Part shown: positions 27,579 to 36,758 of the stretch, one piece after another | Position numbering within the stretch: the first letter of the stretch is position 1 | Layout of the letters: the number at the start of each line of letters is the position of its first letter | Assembly: GCA_964544305.1 (NCBI GenBank) | Contig: CAZJAZ010000002.1 | Coordinates: 59,775 to 123,774 of the forward strand | Reading direction: 5' to 3' | Origin: an uncultured Iamiaceae bacterium | GTDB lineage: Bacteria; Actinomycetota; Acidimicrobiia; Acidimicrobiales; Iamiaceae | DNA length: 64,000 bases | Notes under the pieces: model-generated | Told to the model about the DNA's origin: nothing | Database searches by the model: none | What the model saw: only the letters and a program-made list of their open reading frames with translations | Translations under genes and position numbers: made by a program

Positions 27579-29861
27579 TTATTGGCGTGCCATGCCTTCG
27601 CGGGCAGCCGCCTCGTTCGTCTTTTGATCATCAATCCCGCCATCATGCCCCCGTGCAATGAGTTGAATTGTCACGTTGTGCAACGTTCCCGAAAATGGAA
27701 ACGGTCCACCATAACGTGCCGACACCGCGGATCCGTGGTCGTAACCAATTGACGATCCAACCGATGAAATCACACGCATCAACAACGGCAACTTGGCACT
27801 CCCTGCATCATGTCCATCAACAATCAGCGTCACAGAACCAGACATTCCCTCGGTGCGGCGAAATTGGACCATGAGATCGGATTCACCCAATGCAACCAAT
27901 CTGTTCGATGTGACCACCACGTGATCATCAAACGCGTTGTAATCAACCATGAGGCGATCGTCTTGTACGAACACCGCAATGCCAGAGTTTTCGGTGCCGG
28001 TTGCATAGATCACCCCTTCGTCTCCACTCGATCGGGTGACGCGCGCGGTCAAATCAAAACTTCGGCCTCCAATCGCGGCTGACGCTTGTGCCGGAATGGG
28101 AGACAACGGGGGTCGGTACACATACTTCCTGTCGGTGGGATGCGGCGAGTTATCGCGGAAGCGGGCACCGAAAAGTTCAATCAGTCGATCATCGAGGGGC
28201 AAGACACCATGCCGGTCCGCCTCCTGCCACCACAGTTCAATCAGCTCAGCGAGCTTTTCGGGATGGGCCAGAGCGAGATCGTCGCACTCCGATGGGTCAT
28301 TGACCAGGTGGTAGAGCTCCCACGTTTCGGCGTCGTAGTCGGCTCGTGGCGTGTGCTTTTGCACAGCCTTCCACTCCCCTGCCACGAGTGCTCGGGAACC
28401 ACCCATTTCGAAATACTGCAGGGTGTTTGTTGCCGGATGATCGGGCTTACCGAGAACAGGAGCAAAACTCTTTCCGGTAACCGGTAATTGGGCGAAGCCG
28501 CGGTAGGTATCAGGTGGTTTGATTTTCAAGAGTTCGTAGATCGTGGGCACCACATCGGACACGTTGATGAACTGGTCCCGTTTCGTGCCTCGCTGCGAAG
28601 GCGCAATACCCGATGGCCAGTGCCAGATCATGGGAACGTGCACACCACCTTCGTGGGTGTTCTGTTTGTACCACTTGAATGGCGAGTTCCCGCACTGCGC
28701 CCAGCCCCACGGATAGTTCGTGTGACTGTGTGGCCCACCGATGTCGTCAATGCGCTGCACAGCATCATCTGGGGTTTCAAGAATGCCATTGAAGAACTTC
28801 ATCTCGTGCATCACGCCATACGGTCCGCCTTCTTGGGACGCCCCGTTGTCCGCCATGACCACAAGAATTGTGTTGTCGAGCACGCCGAGGTGTTCCAAAC
28901 CAGCAACGAGCCGCCCGATCTGATCATCGGTGTGATCGAGAAACGCAGCGAACGCTTCTTGGAGTCGGGCCGCAAGCCGCTTCTGTGCGTCCGGCAGCGT
29001 CTCCCACGGTTCAACACCAGGATTTCGAGGAGCGAGCTTGGAGTGCGGCGGAATGACACCCATTGCTCGTTGTCGGTCAAAACAGGCTTCGCGGTGCACA
29101 TCCCAACCGTTATCAAAGCGTCCTCTGTACTTTTCGAGGTACGCGGGTGGCGCCTGGTGCGGTGCATGGGTCGCGCCAAATGGCAGATAGGCAAAGAACG
29201 GTCGATCAGGACGCACGCCTCGCGCATCGTTGATCATCTTGAGCAGTTGATCGACAAGGTCACTCGACAAGTGGTAACCGTCTTCGGGGCCACAAGGTGG
29301 ATCAACCGGATGGTTGTCACAGGTGAGGTCGGGATGGAACTGATCGGTCTCCCCATCTAAGAACCCATAGAAGCGGTCGAATCCGCGACCTAATGGCCAC
29401 TGATCAAAGGGGCCTGCAGCGGAACACTGTTCCATAGGAGCGAGATGCCATTTCCCAACACACATTGTGGTGTATCCGGCGTCACGCAACACTTCAGCAA
29501 CGGTGGCAGCATGATTTGTGATGTGTCCGAGTTGGTTCGGAAAGCCCGTATTGAAGTTCGATAGCGCCCGCATCCCGACCGCGTGTTGAGAACGACCCGT
29601 GAGCAGCGATGCTCGCGTCGGCGAACACAGCGGCGTGACGTGATAATTCGTGAATTGCAGACCGTTTGCTGCCAGCGCATCAATATTGGGCGTTTCGATA
29701 TCGGATCCATAGCAGCCAAGTTGTGCGAAACCCGTGTCGTCGAGCAGCACCACAACAACGTTTGGTGCATCCACGCCCGGATGAGGTGGCGTTGCAAAAT
29801 ACGGTTCAGACTCAGCATGTGTGGCAGCAATAGTGCCTTCAAACCAATCAGGTGTCCCCAT
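27579..29861 (-). CDS. arylsulfatase (AtsA-like, Cys-type)
   Basis: LLDDTG metal site and LCSPTRASLLTGR (C-x-P-x-R; Cys codon at 29625-29627). 760 aa with an extra C-terminal domain. No signal peptide. Confidence 0.85.
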   Translation of the reverse strand: MGTPDWFEGTIAATHAESEPYFATPPHPGVDAPNVVVVLLDDTGFAQLGCYGSDIETPNIDALAANGLQFTNYHVTPLCSPTRASLLTGRSQHAVGMRALSNFNTGFPNQLGHITNHAATVAEVLRDAGYTTMCVGKWHLAPMEQCSAAGPFDQWPLGRGFDRFYGFLDGETDQFHPDLTCDNHPVDPPCGPEDGYHLSSDLVDQLLKMINDARGVRPDRPFFAYLPFGATHAPHQAPPAYLEKYRGRFDNGWDVHREACFDRQRAMGVIPPHSKLAPRNPGVEPWETLPDAQKRLAARLQEAFAAFLDHTDDQIGRLVAGLEHLGVLDNTILVVMADNGASQEGGPYGVMHEMKFFNGILETPDDAVQRIDDIGGPHSHTNYPWGWAQCGNSPFKWYKQNTHEGGVHVPMIWHWPSGIAPSQRGTKRDQFINVSDVVPTIYELLKIKPPDTYRGFAQLPVTGKSFAPVLGKPDHPATNTLQYFEMGGSRALVAGEWKAVQKHTPRADYDAETWELYHLVNDPSECDDLALAHPEKLAELIELWWQEADRHGVLPLDDRLIELFGARFRDNSPHPTDRKYVYRPPLSPIPAQASAAIGGRSFDLTARVTRSSGDEGVIYATGTENSGIAVFVQDDRLMVDYNAFDDHVVVTSNRLVALGESDLMVQFRRTEGMSGSVTLIVDGHDAGSAKLPLLMRVISSVGSSIGYDHGSAVSARYGGPFPFSGTLHNVTIQLIARGHDGGIDDQKTNEAAAREGMARQ

Positions 29862-29885
29862 CTTTCGTCCCCTTATGAGTGGCGG

Positions 29886-32495
29886 TCACGTTCGTTGTGA
29901 TGCGATGCGAGCGAGTGCTCGGGCGACCATTGGTCCGGCATTCTGATTCTGGCCTGTCACGAGGTTTCCATCGACGACCCAGTGGTTTGCAAGGACATCG
30001 CGTCGCGCGTGAGACGACTCAAAAATTGCCCCCAGTGCCCGCAGTTCGGTTTCTGGGTGGAGAGGCGTCGAAGCGATACCAAGCTCACGGACTTGCTTGT
30101 CGGTGACGGCGCTGACGCGTCGTCCCTGAACGAGCGGTGAGCCGTTGGCACACGTTGCTTGCAAGAAACCGAGAGGCCCGTGACAAATCCCACCAAGTGC
30201 GGAACCGTGGGCGTTTGCCGCGGTGACGAAATCTCCGAGGTCCTTCGATTGGCCAAGATCGAACGCAGCACCCCAACCTCCCGCGAGATACACGATGTCA
30301 TAGGCGGTGGCGTCAAGGTCGCAGATGGCAAGAGACTCACCAACTTTGGCGCGCAATTCGTCATCCACGAGAAATCGATCATCTGCGGCGGTGCGCAACG
30401 CCCCGCGCAACGACAGCGGATCAACTGGAATCACCCCTCCATGTGGGCTGGCAACATCAACGTTGGCGCCAGCATCGACAAAGGCGTAGTAGGGCACCGT
30501 CATTTCCGATGCGAAGACGCCGGTTGGTTTTCCAATGTCAAGGACACCGTGATTTGTGGCTATGACCAAAACCCGACGGTCGACGAGTTCGTCGATGGCA
30601 GATTCTTTGGGATCGTTCGGATGCATGCCAAGGCGTTGGAGTAGACGCCGTGCGACACGAACTGGGGGGCGCACATCTTGGCGTGCGAGTTCGGACGTCG
30701 GCTTGCGGGTTGCATACGGCCACGGTTTATTTCGGGTGGGAAGTACTGCTACCCGTTGAGACACAAGTTCGTTGCGGAGAAGTTCAACGACAGTTCCAAA
30801 GCGCGGATCGTGGGCCAAGTTCGTAGCTTCAATTGGGTCAATGGTGAGGTCATAGCACTCCCATTGGTCAGCGAGCGGCTCGGTCCGATACTGGTCCCCC
30901 ATCGGTGGAGATGCGGCTAAGTGACGAACAAAGGGTTCGGTCCAGGTGGCCGGGTCGTCATAGGTACGCACCAACTTGAAGAGATGTCCACGAACGTTTT
31001 CATCCGCAGTATCGCTCAGTCGGGTAACGATTGCCTCGAAGTTCGACCCCACGTGTGCTGGGACTTGAATGCGTATCGGTTTGGGAGGATGATCGACTCG
31101 GCCGAGTTTGCGGGCCATGCCCGAGGCGAGGCTGTCACCTTCGAGCATGTTGTCTCGGGTCATTAAATAGATCGTGCGATTCTGATCTGCCTCGCTTAGG
31201 CCATTGATCACGGGCATCAGGTTTGCGCCGGGCAAGGGGTGCACTTCGCTGAAGGTTTCAGCTAAGCGAGCGCTCGTTGCGTTTACATCGATGCTGGCGG
31301 CGCCAAGGAGGGTTGGAACAAGGTCGACGTGCGATGTTGGGGCATCAATGACACGGCTCGACGTGGCGTTCACACCGACACGCGCAATGACGAATGGCAC
31401 GCGCGTGCCTTCGTCATACAAGTTGAACCATTTTTGGTGGAGACCGCCGTGAGCACCGAGCAATTCACCGTGGTCTGCGGTGCGTACAAGAACCGTTTCC
31501 ACGTCGGTATTTTCGGTGACCGTGCGTCGAACCAAGTCGATTGACGGGTCGACTTCCGCATGTAGCCGGTGATACAGGTCTCGGTAGAACTGCGCTTTGT
31601 CGCGATAGAGCTTCGACAATGCGGGGACCAGGCCATACCCTGACGGATAGGCATCTCGATACGCGATCTGTGCCGCGGGTTTGTCCCGCAGATCTTCGTG
31701 CGCAGTTGTCGCTTCGGGCACGGGTGGCGGATCCATCGTTTCAGAAGCGTGAAGGGGGCTTCGACGCGCCCAGATTGGAAAGAGAACGATGTCGTGGGGA
31801 TTCACAAAACTCGCAACCAGAAGAAACGGGCGTTTCGCTTTCTCATCGCCTGCTCGACGGCGTGCGTATCGATCTTCAAGCCACGCAACCACGCGCGCGG
31901 CGATGAGTGGATCTCGCACGAGACCTGAATCTGCCAATCGTCCGCCGTGGGGTTCTGGACCTACCCAGCCTGAAAATCCGTATGGATCAAGCGGATTTGC
32001 TTCAAGATAGCGCCGCACCGCGACCTCATCAATGACGCCGTGAGCATCGTTCGTTGCCAAGGGTTGCTGTGATGTGTGGTCGATCAGATCCGCATGGCTG
32101 ATGTGCCATTTTCCGTCATAGTGGGTGTCATATCCGGCTGCCCGAAACCAATTGCCGAGGGTTGGAACTTCTCCCGTCGGGAGCCAACGCAGCCGTGTGT
32201 CGTTGGCCATCTTTCCCAAACCATCGGTCTGGGTCACTCCATGCACATCTGGATAATGGCCGGTGAACAATGTAGGACGCGACGGCACGCAGGCAACGGA
32301 ACCCGTGTAGTGCCGGGCAAACGAAACACCGTGTTCGTCAAACCATCGGCGTCCAGTTTGCGTGCGGGCTTGCCATGCGGCGAGCGCTGCTGCTTGCTTT
32401 GATGCCTCTGCCTGTTCGTAGGGCGGCGCGGCTCGTTCCTCGTCTGTCAAGATGATCACAATGTCGGGCCGCAACGGCCCTTGTGCGTCACTCAT
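29886..32495 (-). CDS. sulfatase domain fused to a C-terminal DJ-1/PfpI (class I glutamine amidotransferase-like) domain
   Basis: N-terminal part: ILTDEER, ACVPSRPTLFTGHYP (Cys codon at 32289-32291) and DHGELLGAHG. C-terminal ~230 aa: LAGGWG...GGICHGPLGFL, with the nucleophile-elbow Cys codon at 30183-30185. Start ATG 32495 has GGGAGAAG upstream; the ORF extends to TTG 32531. Confidence 0.75.
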   Translation of the reverse strand: MSDAQGPLRPDIVIILTDEERAAPPYEQAEASKQAAALAAWQARTQTGRRWFDEHGVSFARHYTGSVACVPSRPTLFTGHYPDVHGVTQTDGLGKMANDTRLRWLPTGEVPTLGNWFRAAGYDTHYDGKWHISHADLIDHTSQQPLATNDAHGVIDEVAVRRYLEANPLDPYGFSGWVGPEPHGGRLADSGLVRDPLIAARVVAWLEDRYARRRAGDEKAKRPFLLVASFVNPHDIVLFPIWARRSPLHASETMDPPPVPEATTAHEDLRDKPAAQIAYRDAYPSGYGLVPALSKLYRDKAQFYRDLYHRLHAEVDPSIDLVRRTVTENTDVETVLVRTADHGELLGAHGGLHQKWFNLYDEGTRVPFVIARVGVNATSSRVIDAPTSHVDLVPTLLGAASIDVNATSARLAETFSEVHPLPGANLMPVINGLSEADQNRTIYLMTRDNMLEGDSLASGMARKLGRVDHPPKPIRIQVPAHVGSNFEAIVTRLSDTADENVRGHLFKLVRTYDDPATWTEPFVRHLAASPPMGDQYRTEPLADQWECYDLTIDPIEATNLAHDPRFGTVVELLRNELVSQRVAVLPTRNKPWPYATRKPTSELARQDVRPPVRVARRLLQRLGMHPNDPKESAIDELVDRRVLVIATNHGVLDIGKPTGVFASEMTVPYYAFVDAGANVDVASPHGGVIPVDPLSLRGALRTAADDRFLVDDELRAKVGESLAICDLDATAYDIVYLAGGWGAAFDLGQSKDLGDFVTAANAHGSALGGICHGPLGFLQATCANGSPLVQGRRVSAVTDKQVRELGIASTPLHPETELRALGAIFESSHARRDVLANHWVVDGNLVTGQNQNAGPMVARALARIASQRT

Positions 32496-32940
32496 ATCGT
32501 GCTTCTCCCATATGGGCGGCGAGTCCGTCAAGGAGTTGTTTTGACACGTTCGCCAGAATCTTGGTGGCTATTTTTCCGAGAACCTGATGCGCTGGGCCGG
32601 ATGGCGCCTCGACCGTCGAGGTAAGGCACACTTCAGTCCGTTGCCCATCCTCCGTTCCATGGAACTCCCAACGATTCTCGACTCGGCCCACGATTTTTGG
32701 GAGCCCCGAAATTTCGTAGGCAAGGATGCGCTCGGGTTGCCAATCAACGACACGCTCTAACAACACAACTGGGCCTGCGGTGATACGTCGGGTTGTGCCC
32801 TCACCCGACGACTGTGTTGTGATGATTTCCACGTGGGACATATTGGGTGCCCACGCTCCAATTGCCCCAAAGTCTGCGACCGTAAGCCAGATGCTGGCTG
32901 CTGGGGCTTCAATGATTCGACGGCGAGAAATCTGTTGCAT
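32488..32940 (-). CDS. SRPBCC (START/polyketide cyclase-like) ligand-binding protein
   Basis: 150 aa, with the N-terminus I.AP...VW..V.DF......W.P typical of SRPBCC. Its stop overlaps the start of the sulfatase fusion by 8 nt. Confidence 0.65.
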   Translation of the reverse strand: MQQISRRRIIEAPAASIWLTVADFGAIGAWAPNMSHVEIITTQSSGEGTTRRITAGPVVLLERVVDWQPERILAYEISGLPKIVGRVENRWEFHGTEDGQRTEVCLTSTVEAPSGPAHQVLGKIATKILANVSKQLLDGLAAHMGEARYE

Positions 32941-32983
32941 GGTTCATGGCTTTGCATGTATGGACAAGGGCGTCAAGAAGTGA

Positions 32984-33003
32984 CACTATCACTCGCAATA
33001 GTG
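32984..33003. promoter_or_regulatory. inverted repeat CACTAT-N8-ATAGTG in the TetR/SRPBCC divergent region (candidate operator)
   Basis: Seen directly. It lies immediately upstream of the TetR GTG at 33008. Confidence 0.2.
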
Positions 33004-33007
33004 GGAA

Positions 33008-33679
33008 GTGAACAAAACCCCTCCCCCCACTACGATTGGCTCGCCTGAACTCAAGAACGCGGAGCACGACGTGACCTCAACAGAAGAGAAAATTGCCAGT
33101 GAAGACGGTCGCCGCGCCCGGCGCATCCGCAATCGCAATGCCGTCGTTGACGCACTTTTCGAACTCCTCACGACAGGTTCCGGTGTACCCACGATCGAGG
33201 CCATTGCGGAACACGCGGGTGTATCGATGTCATCGGTCTTCCGATATTTCGACGGCGTGGACGATCTGCAACACCAAATGATGGAGAGCTATTTCACGCG
33301 TTACGCATCCTTGTTTGAAATCCCTGATCTTGGCCAAGGCGGTCTTGAGGACCGCATTGCCGGGTTTGTCACCACGCGCATGCACCTGTTCAAGACAATC
33401 GCGCCTATTGGACGACTTGCCCGCGCCCGTGTCTATGACCATCCGCAACTCGAAGAAAGCCTGGTTCGGGCACGGGCACTCTTTGCCCAACAGGTGCGCG
33501 ACCACTTTGCCCGAGAACTTGACAGGTTGAGCAAGCAAGACGCAGACGACGCGGCAGAAGTGATCGACGTGGTTTGTTCATTCGAAGGGTGGGAATTGCA
33601 AAGTCACTCGCATGGCCGTACCGATGAACAAGTTCGCCGCACCTGGACATCGTGCATTGTGCGGTCACTTCACGTTTGA
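33008..33679 (+). CDS. TetR family transcriptional regulator
   Basis: HTH PTIEAIAEHAGVSMSSVFRYF. Divergent from the sulfatase operon. Confidence 0.8.
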   Translation: MNKTPPPTTIGSPELKNAEHDVTSTEEKIASEDGRRARRIRNRNAVVDALFELLTTGSGVPTIEAIAEHAGVSMSSVFRYFDGVDDLQHQMMESYFTRYASLFEIPDLGQGGLEDRIAGFVTTRMHLFKTIAPIGRLARARVYDHPQLEESLVRARALFAQQVRDHFARELDRLSKQDADDAAEVIDVVCSFEGWELQSHSHGRTDEQVRRTWTSCIVRSLHV

Positions 33680-33860
33680 ACCGCGTTTCGGTGTTGCTGA
33701 GAAGCCTTCTCACACATTGGCCGCCTTAGAGGGCGAGCGGATAGGTCACAGTTGTAGCTGCTCGCAATTGCGCTTCGCCAAGCTCTGCTTGGCGAACAGG
33801 CCGCTGTGCTTATTGGTCGGATCCGCCTATCGGCGCATCCTCTTACTCAGTTGCAATCGT

Positions 33861-34514
33861 TCAGGCAGAGCGCAGAGTCAGTGCAACAGCAATTGCGCAG
33901 TGCCAAATCGCATGCGCTTGAAAAGTGCTGTCGGGACGACAAAGTGGGCCACCGGTTCGACCGAAGACGTGGTTTAACACGCCGAATCCGGTGACCAAAG
34001 CTTCAGCCACATGCTTGCGGTGATCCTGCGCCCGACGCGGCCCTCGCCGCATCCGGATCGCTTCGGCTGCCACAGCAACTGATCCGACGACTCCTTGGGC
34101 CGCCATTGACCATCGTGGACGCGCACCTACGAATGCGAGCATCCACAAAACCACGTCCCCTTGGCGGGGTATCGATTTCGCGCTGAACTGCTCAGCGTCC
34201 GCGGCAATGACTGCCCCGAGGAGGGCGAGCAGTGATGCGTCATGCAAGTAGCGTCCCAGCACGCCACCTGGGCCGTGATAGGCCACGCTGCCCAGACCCG
34301 CCGCAATTGCCGTCCAACCCACAACCTGTTCACCACGAGGTTGGCTCATGAGATGGGAAGAAACGTTGTTGTCCTTGGCGTTCGCATGAGAATCGGCGCG
34401 AGCCACTATCCAAGCGCCCGCAAGGCTCAGCGCCAAACTCGACACTGTATTTACTGGTTGAGCGATGGCACGATGTCGGCACCGTTCGCAGTCGCCGGCA
34501 GCCACATGAGTCAT
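33861..34514 (-). CDS. alkaline-ceramidase-like (PAQR-type) 7-TM membrane protein
   Basis: Motifs CE...PVNTVSSLA, YHGP...LHD and HAIWH sit at the spacing expected for the ceramidase/PAQR Zn site. Call made by eye only. Confidence 0.4.
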   Translation of the reverse strand: MTHVAAGDCERCRHRAIAQPVNTVSSLALSLAGAWIVARADSHANAKDNNVSSHLMSQPRGEQVVGWTAIAAGLGSVAYHGPGGVLGRYLHDASLLALLGAVIAADAEQFSAKSIPRQGDVVLWMLAFVGARPRWSMAAQGVVGSVAVAAEAIRMRRGPRRAQDHRKHVAEALVTGFGVLNHVFGRTGGPLCRPDSTFQAHAIWHCAIAVALTLRSA

Positions 34515-35971
34515 GCAAGTTCTCCGAGTGCTCGGTGAATGTCGGTGACTGTTTCGTCACGCAACTGACGAAGGTGTGGAAGTTGCCCGCGACGATCTAA
34601 CAGTGTGCGCCACCGCAATATCGACCGTGCAAGCACATTCGCCCGTTCCACAACCAAAAGGGCGATACCGCCCATGATCGGGACCGAAACAAAAACAATG
34701 AGGCCAGCAAGCATCCCTGAACGGTCGCCCGGGCTGGCACCCAAAATCGCGTCAACGGGTGCGGTCACGCTCCGAAAGAGATCAGAAACCACGCCAGTAC
34801 CGGCATCAGCCCAAGCCAGCATCAACCAAACCATCGGAAATAAAACAACGGACGCTAAGAGCCGCACGGTTCCTTTAGTCACTGGAGCCTTGGGCACGAG
34901 TCCGATCACCAGAATCGCGACGAATGGAACCAAGTTGGCAAACATGCCCGCTAACGCAATTGGCGAAAGAACAACGACGATGATCGTCATAACAACAATG
35001 CGTTGCATCAGGATTCGTAGGTTGATCGGCCGGACAACATCGACGTCGTCAATACCGACGAATCCAAGCATCATGCGGTAACGAGCGACCACTGAGACCA
35101 ACTCGTCACGACGTGTCGCATCAAGGAGACTGAGCTGCCGCGCCCGTTGCGCGATTTGAGCCATCGAGACTTCGCCTTGTGTACGAGTTCGGCCCACCAT
35201 GTCCGCCGCGGCGTTCAACGCGAGATGTTCTTCTGTTGACGTGAAATGGGGTGTGAGTGCTTGAATTTCTGCCTGAAGCGTTTCGGTTAATGCAGCAACA
35301 CGGTTTGGCCGCGGTGCCCCATTTTCGTCGAGCAATGCAGGATCGGCAGGTACCGGTTTCGGTTGCCCATAGTGCACGAACACACGACCTCGAAGTGCAA
35401 CTTTGTCTTCGTAGACAATGCCCACGGGAACGATCTGTACACCTCGGACTCCTGAACCTGCGGCCTGAATTGCAATTCGTGCGGCACCGGTGCGGAGTTC
35501 TCGAATGGTTGGGTCATCGTGGGTCGTGCCTTCAGGGAAAAGGGCGACCATCGACCCCTGTGCGAGTGCCGAAACAACATCAGAAAACATTGACGTATTT
35601 GCGTCGGTCGCACCGTCGGCTTGTCGATGCACGGGTATTGCCCGTGCAAGGTTCAACGCGAATTTGGCCGCAGGGTTCTTCCACAACGTTGCTTTGGCAA
35701 GAAAACGCGGCAAAAACCCGAGACGCGCGACCAAGAGCACTGGGTCAACAAAACCGTTGAGATGACTTGCTGCAAGCACAACCGGCCCGGCAGGCGGTTG
35801 TGAACCCTGCACCTCGATTGAACGGAAAAAGCCGCGTGTTAAGAGACGTGCAAGCGCAGTGATGAAGCGATCTCGCAACGCTACCGGTCGATTTTTCTGT
35901 CGTGGGGCGGTCGGCTGCTCCTCCCCGAACGGTGTTGGGCTGTTGCTGTCTCGTCCGCTGCTTGCGCCCAC
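34511..35971 (-). CDS. PlsC-type acyltransferase with a C-terminal multi-TM extension
   Basis: H(x)4D box SHLNGFVD and an FPEGTTHDD block. The C-terminal ~170 aa are hydrophobic. The stop overlaps the ceramidase-like start (4 nt). Confidence 0.7.
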   Translation of the reverse strand: MGASSGRDSNSPTPFGEEQPTAPRQKNRPVALRDRFITALARLLTRGFFRSIEVQGSQPPAGPVVLAASHLNGFVDPVLLVARLGFLPRFLAKATLWKNPAAKFALNLARAIPVHRQADGATDANTSMFSDVVSALAQGSMVALFPEGTTHDDPTIRELRTGAARIAIQAAGSGVRGVQIVPVGIVYEDKVALRGRVFVHYGQPKPVPADPALLDENGAPRPNRVAALTETLQAEIQALTPHFTSTEEHLALNAAADMVGRTRTQGEVSMAQIAQRARQLSLLDATRRDELVSVVARYRMMLGFVGIDDVDVVRPINLRILMQRIVVMTIIVVVLSPIALAGMFANLVPFVAILVIGLVPKAPVTKGTVRLLASVVLFPMVWLMLAWADAGTGVVSDLFRSVTAPVDAILGASPGDRSGMLAGLIVFVSVPIMGGIALLVVERANVLARSILRWRTLLDRRGQLPHLRQLRDETVTDIHRALGELA

Positions 35972-36002
35972 TTCCCCACTCTACCGGTCGGCTCGTGCCG
36001 AC

Positions 36003-36626
36003 TCAGTTGCCACGAAAGACCTTCTGTACAAACGCGTCAAACCGTTGACTGTCAGGCTCAACATGAAAGCCAGAATCATCATGAGAAACGTTGAACGCGG
36101 GACAAAAGTAACCGGTGTCGCCCACAATGAAGTAGGGCGACCCTTTCACCCCTCGGTCTTCGCCATTGACATGATCAGCTTCGATCGTCGCGTGGTCAAC
36201 AGCAAGAACTGCAATGCCATGTTTCGCGCACAGCGCGTTGAGAAAACCGGAATCAGTGATGTCTTGACCATGCTCCCAGAGACGATTGCGAAGCTCAAGG
36301 CTCACCGTCTCACCCAAGGCAATGTTTGTTCGGTATGCAGCACTCGCGACGGCCAGTGCAGGCAATGAAGTGGCCGGAAAGGAGTCTTCGTCAAAACCAA
36401 CAAAGAGATCTGGCGCGACACTTGCACGCAGTGCGCTGACCTCCTGCGCGATGAGCTGTGCGTCCCACGGCGCGTGATTGATCGTTTCGAGCGGCCACGC
36501 TCGGATCCAAAGCAGCGGCGAATTCCCGGTACGGTCAAGGCGAGCCGCGAGCACCTTGTGTATGCCGACATGTGCAAATGGACAAAGTAAGTCCGCGAAG
36601 ATTTCAATCCGATCAACCATGCCCAT
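36003..36626 (-). CDS. DsbA-like thioredoxin-fold protein (single Cys, no CxxC)
   Basis: FADLLCPFAHVG at the N-terminus, length about 207 aa. Resembles the DsbA/HCCA-isomerase family. Confidence 0.55.
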   Translation of the reverse strand: MGMVDRIEIFADLLCPFAHVGIHKVLAARLDRTGNSPLLWIRAWPLETINHAPWDAQLIAQEVSALRASVAPDLFVGFDEDSFPATSLPALAVASAAYRTNIALGETVSLELRNRLWEHGQDITDSGFLNALCAKHGIAVLAVDHATIEADHVNGEDRGVKGSPYFIVGDTGYFCPAFNVSHDDSGFHVEPDSQRFDAFVQKVFRGN

Positions 36627-36758
36627 GACGCTATCGTCGCCACATGTTCGATAGTTCGGGTCGTTCGTCCCGCTCTTGTTCGTTGCAACGGTCGTGGCCC
36701 ACCGGTGTGTTCCCCCATTGGGCGCAGTTCTCGTGTGCTTCGGGGATACCGTGTCACG

